NCBI GenBank assembly: GCA_963719515.1
Contig: CAVRCJ010000011.1
Location: 224,001 to 288,000 of the forward strand
Direction of reading: 5' to 3'
DNA: 64,000 nucleotides
DNA from: an uncultured cyanobacterium
GTDB taxonomy: Bacteria; Cyanobacteriota; Cyanobacteriia; CAKZMO01
This document shows positions 18,529-28,515 of the stretch, piece after piece. How positions within the stretch are numbered: position 1 is the first letter of the stretch; each line of letters opens with the position of its first letter. The notes under the pieces are model-generated. The model did no database searches, was not told the DNA's origin, and saw nothing but the letters and a program-made list of their open reading frames with translations. A program made the translations under genes and the position numbers.

Positions 18529-19284
18529 CTATAGATTTAGCTCGCTGGCGCTGCTCACCATCAAAGGATGAACCCACCACAGCAGAAGTATGAATGTCAC
18601 GATACCGATATAGGCAGGTCGAAGAAATTCACGGGGTTTTAGCGACTGTCGGCCTTGGGCGATCGCTAGAAACGGGATCACGGAGGTGCGCTGCTTAGCC
18701 GCTTCAAAGGTCTCGCCATAGCGCTGCGCCATGCGCCGATCCCCGTGCCAGACGGCAAACAGGTGATGCAAAATCAATCCGGCTGAAGTCAATAGCGTGA
18801 AGCTAGTCCCCAGCCACAGGCCGTGGGCCACGCACCAAATTACCTGCCCCACCATTTGAGGGTGGCGAGTGATGCGCATGATGCCCGTTTCGTAGAGATG
18901 GACCTGGGGCTTTTGAACGGCGGCAATCTCCAGCAGGTTAAACGTTGCGGGGTAGAGAAAAATAAACGAAACTGCCGAGAGTATCCACACTAGCGCCCAC
19001 AGCCCCGGCACCCCCTGTAGATTCCAAAGCTGCAGCCCATCATAGCGGTGGCGGATAAAGTAGGCGACCAGCAGCACCGCAAACGGCAGGCTGACCAATG
19101 CAAACCCCACCCGGTAGAGCCTGGCTCCGATGCGCTTTTCGCCCCAGGGACGCAGGGCTGCCAGGCCGCTGTGGGCGATCGCAAACCCAAGCAGCAGAGC
19201 GGCCATGATGGCGTGGCTTGTCGTGAACCAAGGAACGAGAAAAGAACTTGAGGCGGCAGCCATGTCGATCGGCAATATTGTCAA
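18529..19284 (-). CDS. NnrU family protein (15-cis-zeta-carotene isomerase, Z-ISO-like)
   Basis: AIAHSGLAALR, RYDGLQLW, ETGIMRITRHPQM. Confidence 0.88.
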   Translation of the reverse strand: MTILPIDMAAASSSFLVPWFTTSHAIMAALLLGFAIAHSGLAALRPWGEKRIGARLYRVGFALVSLPFAVLLVAYFIRHRYDGLQLWNLQGVPGLWALVWILSAVSFIFLYPATFNLLEIAAVQKPQVHLYETGIMRITRHPQMVGQVIWCVAHGLWLGTSFTLLTSAGLILHHLFAVWHGDRRMAQRYGETFEAAKQRTSVIPFLAIAQGRQSLKPREFLRPAYIGIVTFILLLWWVHPLMVSSASELNL

Positions 19285-19537
19285 AGCGCTAGGAATTGAT
19301 TGGACAGGAAAAGGACCACGCGTTTAGCCCGCCCGCGTTTAGGCAGAGCCTATGCTTCGTACTCGCTCAAGCGAACGCGGGCGCTGTGGCATGACCAAAC
19401 TGAGAATTGCTGTCTATAACTAGAGACATTTCCCTATATACAGAAGATACCTTAAGATTGTTGTAAGAATTTGGGTTCATTCGGAATCACTCTGTCTGCA
19501 ACCAAACTTTCTGCGACAAAATTTTAGGAGGTAATCT

Positions 19538-20617
19538 ATGGCGCTCGTACCAATGCGGCTAATGCTCGACCACGCCGCTGAGAATGGCTACGGCATTCCT
19601 GCATACAACGTCAACAACATGGAGCAAATCCTGGCGATTATGCAGGCCGCTGATGAGACAAACAGCCCTGTGATTCTGCAGGCCTCTCGCGGTGCTCGCA
19701 AGTACGCAGGTGAGAACTTTCTACGCCACCTAATTCAGGCTGCCGTAGAGACGTATCCTCACCTCCCCATTGCCATGCACCAGGACCACGGCAACAGTCC
19801 TGCCACCTGCTACTCAGCTATACGCAACGGATTCACCAGCGTGATGATGGATGGCTCCCTCGAAGCCGACGCCAAGACTCCCGCAAGCTTTGAGTACAAC
19901 TGCGATGTCACCCGCAAGGTGGTTGAAGTGGCTCACACCGTCGGCGTTTCGGTTGAAGGTGAGCTAGGCTGCCTGGGCTCTCTCGAAACCGGCATGGGAG
20001 ATAAGGAAGACGGTCACGGCGCAGAAGGCGTGCTCTCTAAAGAGCAGCTGCTGACTGACCCTGATGAAGCGGTTCAGTTTGTAGAGGCCACTCAGGTGGA
20101 CGCGCTAGCCGTTGCTATCGGCACCAGCCATGGCGCGTACAAGTTCACCCGTAAGCCTACCGGTGAAATCCTGGCCATCAGCCGTATCGAGGAGATTCAC
20201 TCCCGTCTGCCCAACACCCACCTAGTCATGCACGGATCCTCTTCCGTGCCCCAAAAGTGGCTTGACATGATCAACGCCAACGGCGGCGAGATCCCTGAAA
20301 CCTACGGCGTCCCCGTCGAGGAAATTCAAAAGGGCATCAAGAGCGGCGTTCGCAAGGTGAATATCGATACCGATAACCGCCTAGCCATCACAGCTGCCAT
20401 CCGCGAAGCGGCGATGAAGGATCCGTCTAACTTTGATCCTCGCCACTTCCTGAAGCCCTCCATCACGTACATGCAGCAGGTCTGCTCCGATCGCTACAAC
20501 GCTTTTGGAACGTCGGGCAACGCGGACAAGATCAAGCAGGTCGACCTCAACGCCTTTGCGTCTAAGTACACCAGCGGCGAGCTGGAGGCCAAGACCAAGA
20601 AGGCCGTCACAGCTTAG
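19538..20617 (+). CDS. fbaA: Class II fructose-bisphosphate aldolase
   Basis: [42 protein letters not shown]. Confidence 0.97.
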   Translation: MALVPMRLMLDHAAENGYGIPAYNVNNMEQILAIMQAADETNSPVILQASRGARKYAGENFLRHLIQAAVETYPHLPIAMHQDHGNSPATCYSAIRNGFTSVMMDGSLEADAKTPASFEYNCDVTRKVVEVAHTVGVSVEGELGCLGSLETGMGDKEDGHGAEGVLSKEQLLTDPDEAVQFVEATQVDALAVAIGTSHGAYKFTRKPTGEILAISRIEEIHSRLPNTHLVMHGSSSVPQKWLDMINANGGEIPETYGVPVEEIQKGIKSGVRKVNIDTDNRLAITAAIREAAMKDPSNFDPRHFLKPSITYMQQVCSDRYNAFGTSGNADKIKQVDLNAFASKYTSGELEAKTKKAVTA

Positions 20618-20629
20618 GATCTACAAGAG

Positions 20630-20730
20630 GTAGGGACATGGGATGCCATGTCCTGCCCCATGCCTCTGACTGAGCAGCATGGGAGTACTGGATACGAACT
20701 TATAGGGGGCGCAGCGTGCTGCGCCCCTAC
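20630..20730. repeat. Pair of inverted GTAG-type REP palindromes
   Basis: GTAG-GGACATGG..CCATGTCC (20630-20653) and GGGGCGCAGC..GCTGCGCCCC-TAC (to 20730). Confidence 0.65.
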
Positions 20731-20775
20731 GTTTGTGAATGCATCGTGACTGCTCGCCCCTCAACGCATTTTTCT

Positions 20776-21531
20776 ATGAACGACAAAACGGTATTGATTA
20801 CCGGAGCCAGCAGCGGCATCGGTGAAGCCTGTGCGCGCGTCTTTTCCCAAGCCGGGGCCAGGCTTATTCTTGCCGCCCGTCGCCGCGATCGCCTCCAGGC
20901 TCTAGCCCAATCTTTAGGCGGCGATACCCACCTGCTTCCCCTAGACGTCTGCGATCGCGAGGCCGTTTTCCGGGCGATCGCCGATTTGCCCGCTGAGTGG
21001 CAGGCCATCGACGTGCTGGTGAACAACGCGGGCCTCAGCCGGGGGCTAGACAAGCTGCACGAGGCTGAGATTCAAGATTGGGAGGAGATGATCGACACCA
21101 ACGTCAAGGGGCTGCTCTACGTGACGCGGGCCGCGGTGCCGGGGATGGTGGCGCGCAATCGCGGTCAGGTGATCAATTTGGGCTCTATTGCCGGCCATGA
21201 GACCTACCCTGGCGGCAGCGTCTACTGCGCCACCAAGTCTGCCGTGATGGCCCTCACCGAGGGGTTAAAGCTCGATTTGCTGGGCACCCCCATCCGCGTT
21301 TCTGCGGTGGACCCCGGACTGGTAGAAACCGAGTTTAGCGAGGTGCGATTTCGGGGAGATGGCGATCGCGCTAAGCAAACGTACCAAAACATGACGCCCC
21401 TGACGCCCCACGACATCGCGGAGATTATTCTGTTTTGCGCCACCCGTCCGTCCCACGTCAATATCAGCGATGTGTTGGTGGTGCCGACAGACCAGTCGAG
21501 CGCAACCCGGGTCCATCGCCGGGAGAGCTAG
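20776..21531 (+). CDS. SDR oxidoreductase (YdfG-like)
   Basis: TGASSGIG, NNAG, YCATK. Confidence 0.92.
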   Translation: MNDKTVLITGASSGIGEACARVFSQAGARLILAARRRDRLQALAQSLGGDTHLLPLDVCDREAVFRAIADLPAEWQAIDVLVNNAGLSRGLDKLHEAEIQDWEEMIDTNVKGLLYVTRAAVPGMVARNRGQVINLGSIAGHETYPGGSVYCATKSAVMALTEGLKLDLLGTPIRVSAVDPGLVETEFSEVRFRGDGDRAKQTYQNMTPLTPHDIAEIILFCATRPSHVNISDVLVVPTDQSSATRVHRRES

Positions 21532-22361
21532 GCATCTGCGCCTTTGGACTCACGGGATGAATTTTGGGTGTCCCCACGGTCCCCTTTTGCGCTGACGACG
21601 CACAGGTAATAGAGCCACATCTCGTCCTCAATCGCCGGGTCCCCGAGTTCCACCCTCACACCGCGCTTCCACGGATAAAGCTCCACTTGGTGAAAGCCGA
21701 AGTCGAGCTGCTCAATCTGCGCCTCAGGGCGAATGTAATAGTTTTGAAGGCGAAAGTTGTGGGACTCGTCTTTTAGAGTTAGGTGAGCGGCGGCATCAAT
21801 TTGCGCGACGTTCACCCCCCGGTTAACCAACCTGAGCAGCCCCCACATCACCAAATCAACGTACGTTTTTAGCGGATTGAGGCTGAGATGGGTCTTGTAG
21901 TCGAAGGCTCGGGCTATGCTCCGTAGATTGTGACTAGAGAAAAACGCATAACTGCCCGGCTTGCCCACCCGACAGATTTCCCGCAGGATCTTGAGGCGAT
22001 CGCTGTGGGAGACGGAGTCAATGCCGTTGTAGCTGAACAAAATAAAGTCGAACGAGCTATCGGCAAACTGAGGCATGGCTCTGGCATCCCCCTCCTCAAA
22101 GGCAATTTCGGGGTACCGCCGCCCACAGGCTGCAATCATCTCTGGGGAGGGGTCAATGCCCAAATAGTCCCCCGCTAGCGGGGCAAAGTGACCGGTGGTG
22201 CGTCCGGCCCCAACGCCAATATCCAGCACCTTCATCTGAGGCAGCTGCTCTCGAAAGCGAGCGAGAATAGTCTGCTCTGCTGGCTGGAGACGGCGGAGCT
22301 GGGTGTAGTACCCCACAATGCTGGAGTCAGCGTAGACGGTTTGATTGGAGTCGTGTGTCAT
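21528..22361 (-). CDS. Class I SAM-dependent methyltransferase
   Basis: VLDIGVGAGR, GDARAM, SFDFILF; ATG 22361 overlaps the upstream stop (ATGA). Confidence 0.88.
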   Translation of the reverse strand: MTHDSNQTVYADSSIVGYYTQLRRLQPAEQTILARFREQLPQMKVLDIGVGAGRTTGHFAPLAGDYLGIDPSPEMIAACGRRYPEIAFEEGDARAMPQFADSSFDFILFSYNGIDSVSHSDRLKILREICRVGKPGSYAFFSSHNLRSIARAFDYKTHLSLNPLKTYVDLVMWGLLRLVNRGVNVAQIDAAAHLTLKDESHNFRLQNYYIRPEAQIEQLDFGFHQVELYPWKRGVRVELGDPAIEDEMWLYYLCVVSAKGDRGDTQNSSRESKGADA

Positions 22362-23491
22362 TGGGGGTCGAGAGCGCTCAACTGGATTGAAACGATGAGC
22401 TGGTCGCTGGGGACGGGAACCCCACCTGAGATAGCGGGCTCGAAGGTCCACTGTTCTTCGAGGACGCAGGCCGCGAGCTGCTCGTAGGCTTGATCTTCAG
22501 ATGTTAAAGGGCTGGGGCCGCTAGCGTCGTCCAAGCTAGTCGGGTCCAATGTAGCCCAGGGAATTACCCTACCATCCGGTTCGACCATTACGCGGACGCT
22601 TACCGTCTCTCCTAAACGGCGAGCGCTCTCTGGAGTTGGAAGGCAGGCGGAGGTTAGAGGATCAGCTTCAAAAACGCGCTGCGTTTCTGGGGGGTAAGGA
22701 AGCTGATCGAGACCGGATTCTTCCGAAGGAGCCGCCGGATTTACCGTCAAGCTAGCCAGGTAAGACTTGGGCTCGCTGGGCTGCTCGGGCACCGCGACCG
22801 TAGGCAGATCTAGTGATGCGTCAGTCGGCGCATCAGTTGGCGCGTCGGGCGATCGCTGCGGGGTTTGTTCGGCGATCGCCTCTGGGTCAGAAGCCTGGTT
22901 GGGTGCTGAACTCTCTGGTATTGAGCTTTCTGATACTGGACTTTCCGGCGCTTCAGAAGGTTGCGGCTCGGGAGGCGTTTTTTGGGGGGGATTTAAGGAC
23001 GGAGGAGCGACCGTCTCGTCGGGTTCAAGGGTTGGTAAGTCCGGGAAGGTAGGAGCTTCCACAGTCTGTTCTGGGAGAGCCAGCGGGACAGATCCGGGCG
23101 ATGCAGCCTGTGCATTGGCCTCAATGCCTTGCGGTCTACTTTCGGGGGCAGCTGTTATCGGTGACGGCGGACGGGCAGGAGGCCCTTCTGATGGAGCAGC
23201 GGTGTCGATGGGAACGGATGAGCTAGAGGACGGGAAGGGGCGAGGGAGCGGTGGCGCAGCATTGACGGGTAGAGGGTCAACTAACTGGACTGCGAGGGGG
23301 CTGGCAGTAGCAGTATCGAGCCTGGGCCGAGCGGCGCGAAGACTGATGCCAAGCCATAAAAGACCACTGTGAACTAAAAGAGAACCGATAGCGCACAGCC
23401 ACAACCTAGGAAAATTGCGGTGGTAAATTCCATCAACCATAGGGTGCTGCAGCACCTCTTTGCGGTCCTGGAGCCGTGACATGAGACCCAT
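22358..23491 (-). CDS. TonB-like proline-rich membrane-anchored protein
   Basis: N-terminal TM with SLLVH, long Pro/Glu linker, C-terminal V.VRVMVEPDGRV...WTFEPA..GGVPV. Confidence 0.65.
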   Translation of the reverse strand: MGLMSRLQDRKEVLQHPMVDGIYHRNFPRLWLCAIGSLLVHSGLLWLGISLRAARPRLDTATASPLAVQLVDPLPVNAAPPLPRPFPSSSSSVPIDTAAPSEGPPARPPSPITAAPESRPQGIEANAQAASPGSVPLALPEQTVEAPTFPDLPTLEPDETVAPPSLNPPQKTPPEPQPSEAPESPVSESSIPESSAPNQASDPEAIAEQTPQRSPDAPTDAPTDASLDLPTVAVPEQPSEPKSYLASLTVNPAAPSEESGLDQLPYPPETQRVFEADPLTSACLPTPESARRLGETVSVRVMVEPDGRVIPWATLDPTSLDDASGPSPLTSEDQAYEQLAACVLEEQWTFEPAISGGVPVPSDQLIVSIQLSALDPQ

Positions 23492-23511
23492 TTCTAATCA
23501 AGGAAGGTTGC

Positions 23512-23598
23512 CTTTGCACTATCTTCACGTTCATCTCAGCTCACTCAACCATAATCTTTGCACTATCTTTACATTCATCAAAGCCGCTTAATCATAAT
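23512..23598. repeat. Imperfect 44-bp tandem duplication
   Basis: CTTTGCACTATCTT.AC.TTCATC...CATAAT at 23512 and 23556. Confidence 0.75.
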
Positions 23599-23978
23599 AA
23601 CGAGATTTATCTCCGGATTTCTCACTGTCCTTGAGCTACCCTAGAACTCTGGAGAAACCGCGAGATTGAAGTCCTAGCGGCTTCTCTTTAACCCGCTGCC
23701 GTCTTCTCTAAAAGACGAGGAAAGGGAACCGGAGTTTGACGCCCCTGTCCGCTGCTGAAAGAAGACCTTAAGGTTGGAGCGCAAAGGGAGTCTGCTTCAA
23801 CTCTCAAAGAGGCTGAAGACATCTTCTAGGGTTAAAGCAGGTCAAAAGAACACCACTTCAAGGAATCTATTGTGACTTACAGGCCTTGCGCCGCTCTAGT
23901 GATGTGCATAATCCTAACTCCGATAGCCCAATCAGGTGCCCCTATCTCTGCCCCTATTCTTAGAAACGCAGCTAACAT

Positions 23979-23994
23979 TGTGACGTACATCACA
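23979..23994. promoter_or_regulatory. CRP (SYCRP1-type) binding site
   Basis: Perfect TGTGA-CGTACA-TCACA. Confidence 0.6.
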
Positions 23995-24112
23995 ACACTT
24001 CCTAAAGGAACTAATAACAACCTCTTTAAAGTTCCTGCTTTTAGCGTTTTTAGCGCAGTGACAAATTCCGACAATTGAAGTGCCTTTTGGCTGAAACACG
24101 TAGGGTATCAAT

Positions 24113-24166
24113 ATGGTGCGGCAAAATGGTGCGGCAAAATGGTGCGGCAAAATGGTGCGGCAAAAT
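24113..24166. repeat. 13-bp tandem repeat x4
   Basis: (ATGGTGCGGCAAA)4 exact. Confidence 0.95.
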
Positions 24167-25082
24167 CATGGAGGACGTCTGTGGACTTGACCGAAATTTC
24201 ACGGACAGCTCCCCAAACGGCTAGCTTCAAATGAGTATGAGGCCTATTACAAGATCTATCACACTATGATCAAGCTCACGCCGAAAGCAATGGCGAAACT
24301 TAAACAGCAGCTGAATCGTCTACCTGATTCAGAGAAGTTGTTCTTTGAGCTTCCTTATTTCCCCGGCGTGACTTAGGATGTTTTTTTAGCTGAAGTACTC
24401 TAAATTCCTGCAGGTGCCTGTACGACTACTCACGAGTATGGTACCTTCTATACACGGAAACATTTTGTAAAGTTCCGGTCTCGCGTTCCCGAAACTCTCG
24501 GTTAGGTCGTGAGTTTCTGAAGCTACATAGCCCCCAATACGCTGTAGCCTAGATCGATTGATTGGCTAGAACTATACAACCTCCCCCCTTCGGTTTGCTA
24601 GTTCTAACTGCTGGACCTAAAAGGTGGTTCTCCTTACCGTTCCAGCAGCAGCTCATTGATCGCCCTATTCGTTACAATGCATTCCACGTCAACTCGATTT
24701 GATAGACATAATTACGCTAAGCAGAGAAATAGGCTGATGTAAGCGCTACGCCAAGCGCGGGCTAGCTAACCTTCAGTGGCTAGAGCATCTGAAAGTGGAG
24801 CTAGAGGATACTTTTCTCGAGAGCCTTGTTGACTAAATGCAGAACAAAATGAGTGCTTTACGTGACTTATCGCACAGCTTATATCAATTCATTAACTTAA
24901 ATTGATGACGCTAGCCTGGGACCGAGCGGATGCCTAGCATCCCTAAACTTAAAGGTCTGAAACTTGCCGATATTGGAACAATTTTGACCCCGCTTCTAAG
25001 CTAAACACTCTGCATGTTACAGCATCACGAGTTCGTGACATGCAGGGGGATTGAACAACACTCACTAAGGAAAACTGAGCTT

Positions 25083-26093
25083 ATGTCTATTTTGATGATT
25101 GGAACTCAGCGGTCTGGTTCGAACCTACTGCGCCTTATGCTTAACCAAATTCAAACTATTTCAGCGCCCCACCCCCCTCATATTCTGCAGCGCCTCATGC
25201 CGCTGCAGCCCACCTACGGCGACTTGTCAGACCCAACCGCCTTTACGCAGCTTGTAGATGATGTGTGCCGACTGGTCGAGCTAAATCCAGTGGCTTGGGA
25301 TGTAACCCTCGACCGCCAGAATGTTGCCGATCGCTGTACCTCACCATCTCTAGTGGCAGTCTTCTCTGCGGTCTACGACATCCTTGCAGAGAGCCAAGGC
25401 GCTGAAACCTGGTGCTGCAAAAGCCTATCTAACGTTCACTATATGGACGAGATTAGCGAGTACCTGCCCAACATCAAGTATCTCTACCTTTACCGCGACG
25501 GGCGGGACGTTGCGGTTTCCTTTAAGAAAGCGGTGGTGGGGCAAAAGCACTTTTACCACATTGGCCAAGAATGGGCCAAAGCCCAGCGTAAGGCGATCGC
25601 CATGCAAAAGCAGTGTGACCCCAAGCAGTTCTTCAGCCTCAGCTACGAGTCCCTGGTAAGCGACCCTGAACCTATTCTTCGCAACCTTTGCGAGTTTCTA
25701 GAGGTACCTTATAGCCCGTCGATGCTAGAGTTTCACCAATCGGGAGAAGCTACCAGCACCGCATCATCTAGCTCTCTATGGGGCAACGTTACCAAGCCCG
25801 TAATCGCCAGCAACACCAAGAAGTTCATGACCAAGGCCACGGAGGAAGAGGTCAAAATCTTTGAGCTAGTGGCGGGAGATGTTCTAGACGCCTTGGGCTA
25901 TGAGCGCGTACACACCTCAAAGGGTGAGAGCTCAGCCTTTACCTCGGAGGAAATCGCTCAGTTTGACGCAGAAAATCAGCAGCTCAAATCTCAAGTCAGT
26001 GAAGAGATGGACCCCGAAGACCGGGAGCGTCGCAAGCGCCAGGCGGCGCTGCTTGAGGAAATTAAAACCCGTCAGCCTGCGTCGGTTGCCTAG
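25083..26093 (+). CDS. PAPS-dependent sulfotransferase
   Basis: 5'PSB IGTQRSGSNLLR; 3'PB YLYRDGRDVAVS; YESLVSDPE..LR.LCEFL. Confidence 0.9.
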   Translation: MSILMIGTQRSGSNLLRLMLNQIQTISAPHPPHILQRLMPLQPTYGDLSDPTAFTQLVDDVCRLVELNPVAWDVTLDRQNVADRCTSPSLVAVFSAVYDILAESQGAETWCCKSLSNVHYMDEISEYLPNIKYLYLYRDGRDVAVSFKKAVVGQKHFYHIGQEWAKAQRKAIAMQKQCDPKQFFSLSYESLVSDPEPILRNLCEFLEVPYSPSMLEFHQSGEATSTASSSSLWGNVTKPVIASNTKKFMTKATEEEVKIFELVAGDVLDALGYERVHTSKGESSAFTSEEIAQFDAENQQLKSQVSEEMDPEDRERRKRQAALLEEIKTRQPASVA

Positions 26094-26134
26094 GTAATGG
26101 GATTGTCTAAGCTGATGTCTCCGGTTAATTTCTC

Positions 26135-27406
26135 ATGACTAAACCTCCGATAAAGACTCCAGATTTCCAATCTGAAAGCGCTCCTAACGAAACTGCTGGC
26201 CAGTATCCTGGTCATGATGAGGCTGACACCGCCTCCCTAGGCTACCTGTTCTGGACCTTCCTCAAGATCGGCAGCACTGCCTTTGGCGGCTTTATGGCCC
26301 TGGTCTCAGTGGTCGAAAATTTTGTGGTGCAGCGGCGAAAGCTGCTCACCCACGAGGACATGCTTGACGGTATTTCTCTCGCCACAGTGTTACCCGGCCC
26401 AGTGGCGGCTAACGTCGTTGCCTACGTGGGCTACCGCATTCGCGGCGGCTGGGGGGCAGTGGCAACAGCAACCAGCGTCCTCCTACCATCATTTTTGCTG
26501 GTGGTCGGATTGACCGCTGCCTACTACGAGGCGGGCGAAATCGACGCCGTGTCCCGGGTATTTGCCGGGTTTATTCCGGCGGTGGTGGCGATCATCATTT
26601 CCGCTGCCTGGCGTATGGCCAAGAAAACCATCAAGACTTGGCAGGCGATCGCCCTGGCGGTAACGGCAGGACTGCTGATTCAGTTTGTCGGCGGCTTTTA
26701 CACCACCCTGTTGGTAATCGTTGGCGCAGGTGTGCTGGGCTACCTGATGTTTTCCAGCACAACAGAGGTCGATCCAGCGCTGCGGGCAGCGGCTCCCCAG
26801 ATCGATAAGCGGCGCATGGCGATTTCCTTTGCCGTGCTGGCCTGCTTTGTCCTGCTGTATATCGTGCCGATGCCGTTCTTGGGCACCGACAGCCTGGCGC
26901 GGCTGTTTACCACCTTCTCGGGCATGAGCCTGATGCTGTTTGGCGGCGGCTACGTGTTTATTCCGCTGATTCAGCAAATTGTAGTCGACGGCTACGGCTG
27001 GGTTAACCAAGCTGAGTTTGCCAATGCGATCGCCCTGGGGCAGGTGACGCCCGGCCCCATTTTGATTAGCGCCGCCTTCATCGGCTATGCGGTCAAGGGG
27101 TTTATTGGTGCCCTCGTAGCCACGGTGGGAATTTTCTTCCCGCCAGCGCTGCTCATGGTCACCTGCTCTCACCTGCTGGACCGTATCAAAACCTCAGCCG
27201 CCATCCAAGCTGCCCTCAAAGGCATCCGTCCGGCTATCGTTGGCATGATCTTTACCGCAGCGATTGTAGTTGCCCAAACGGCGCAGGTCCACTGGGCAAC
27301 GGCGCTAATTTTTGTGGGATCTTTAATTGCCATTTGGCGGTTCCGCGTAGAGGTGGTCCTCGTAATTCCCTTTGCGGGTCTGCTGGGACTGCTGCTCTAT
27401 CCATAG
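26135..27406 (+). CDS. chrA: Long-chain CHR chromate/sulfate transporter
   Basis: Two CHR domains: FLKIGSTAFGG..LPGP and LFGGGY..GQVTPGP. Confidence 0.92.
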   Translation: MTKPPIKTPDFQSESAPNETAGQYPGHDEADTASLGYLFWTFLKIGSTAFGGFMALVSVVENFVVQRRKLLTHEDMLDGISLATVLPGPVAANVVAYVGYRIRGGWGAVATATSVLLPSFLLVVGLTAAYYEAGEIDAVSRVFAGFIPAVVAIIISAAWRMAKKTIKTWQAIALAVTAGLLIQFVGGFYTTLLVIVGAGVLGYLMFSSTTEVDPALRAAAPQIDKRRMAISFAVLACFVLLYIVPMPFLGTDSLARLFTTFSGMSLMLFGGGYVFIPLIQQIVVDGYGWVNQAEFANAIALGQVTPGPILISAAFIGYAVKGFIGALVATVGIFFPPALLMVTCSHLLDRIKTSAAIQAALKGIRPAIVGMIFTAAIVVAQTAQVHWATALIFVGSLIAIWRFRVEVVLVIPFAGLLGLLLYP

Positions 27407-27500
27407 GCTAGCTGACGCGCCGCCCCCCTAATCTCCTATACCGGGGAAAACAAAGGGGGGAACCAGCTCAGCTATAGACCCACCTGGGGGCTAAAGGAAC

Positions 27501-27947
27501 TTAGACGTCGCTTAAGCATTGCCACACCCGGTAATCTACGACGCCGTCATCCTCTAGTCCCCAATCTTTTTGGAACCTTTCTACAGCGGCCTGCGTCTTA
27601 GAACCGTAGTTGCCGTCAACAGCGCCTCGGTAATAGAGATCGATAGCTAAAATTTCCTGGAGCTGCTTTACCGCAGCCCCAATGCTTCCAGCACGAAGAA
27701 CAGGTTGACCTACGGGGCCATCCGTATAGAGGGCCTGCCACGTGCTCGGCCCCACAACGCCGTCTGGCGTCAAGAACATCTTTGACTGAAAATATTTGAC
27801 CGCAATCTCTGTGTCGTAGTCAAATAAGCCAGTCGCTGGGACGGGCCGGCCCTGTCTGCTCAGGCGCTGCTGCAGATCTTTTGTAGCGGGATGGCGATCG
27901 CCTCTTGACAGCGTGGGGTAGCGGGATAGAAGTGAGTATGGCGACAT
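27501..27947 (-). CDS. Peptidoglycan-binding domain protein (two PG_binding_1 repeats)
   Basis: LSRGD..LQQRL..TEIAVKYFQ..DGVVGPSTWQAL and a second copy. Confidence 0.9.
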   Translation of the reverse strand: MSPYSLLSRYPTLSRGDRHPATKDLQQRLSRQGRPVPATGLFDYDTEIAVKYFQSKMFLTPDGVVGPSTWQALYTDGPVGQPVLRAGSIGAAVKQLQEILAIDLYYRGAVDGNYGSKTQAAVERFQKDWGLEDDGVVDYRVWQCLSDV

Positions 27948-28515
27948 TAGAACAATTGTCTTAAAGAATTTTCAAACTAGACTAAGCCGCACGCCTGACA
28001 AAATATTCCGGATTCCAAACCAGGTAGCCCGTCAACTGCATATCGGAGCCAAAGGTTATATGGCTATCTACAAGCCTACGAAATCAGGTCGTGATATGTC
28101 TGCGATGCTTCTACAGTCTTTAAAGGGGTTTAAACCTTACATAAACTTGAGCCGCTTTCGTCACTGAGCGTTTTCCTATCTGACACTATGTAAGATATAT
28201 GTCGCAATACGAGTGATATTACTCAAAGCGAGTGTAATCAATAACCTCGCCGATTGCACAGAATGCTGGTTGAGCTTCAAGGAAGGCAGCTGTAAGGGTG
28301 AGCTAATTTCAGATTCGCGCTAGCCAGCGCATTTAAACTAGGCTCTTCTGGAAAGAGAACAATATTCCGAAGAGAAAGTTTATTCCTTTTGTATAGGCAA
28401 GAGTTAGGCAAAGGTTGATTGCTTCGAATTCTATTGTTTGAGTTCAGAGGATCGATGCTTAAACGTAAGGCCTCTTTTCAGCACGCTATTCTTACATTTA
28501 TAACGTTAGGACTCA

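Noticed and set aside
23690..23790. Cobalamin riboswitch (AAGGGAACCGG...)
   Set aside because: The rest of the consensus (GAA-TCC hairpin, CCCGC-ACTGT, B12 box) is not present; it looks more like a decayed cyanobacterial palindromic repeat
24113..24166. CRISPR array (also considered for 43713-43899)
   Set aside because: Head-to-tail repeats of 13-19 bp without spacers; no cas genes
24266..24376. IscA/HesB gene
   Set aside because: Only the first ~12 residues resemble IscA; no Cys motifs in the continuation
28212..28227. CRP-like site AGTGA-N6-TCAAA upstream of the taxis operon
   Set aside because: Two mismatches in AT-rich DNA; too weak without a position-weight-matrix scan
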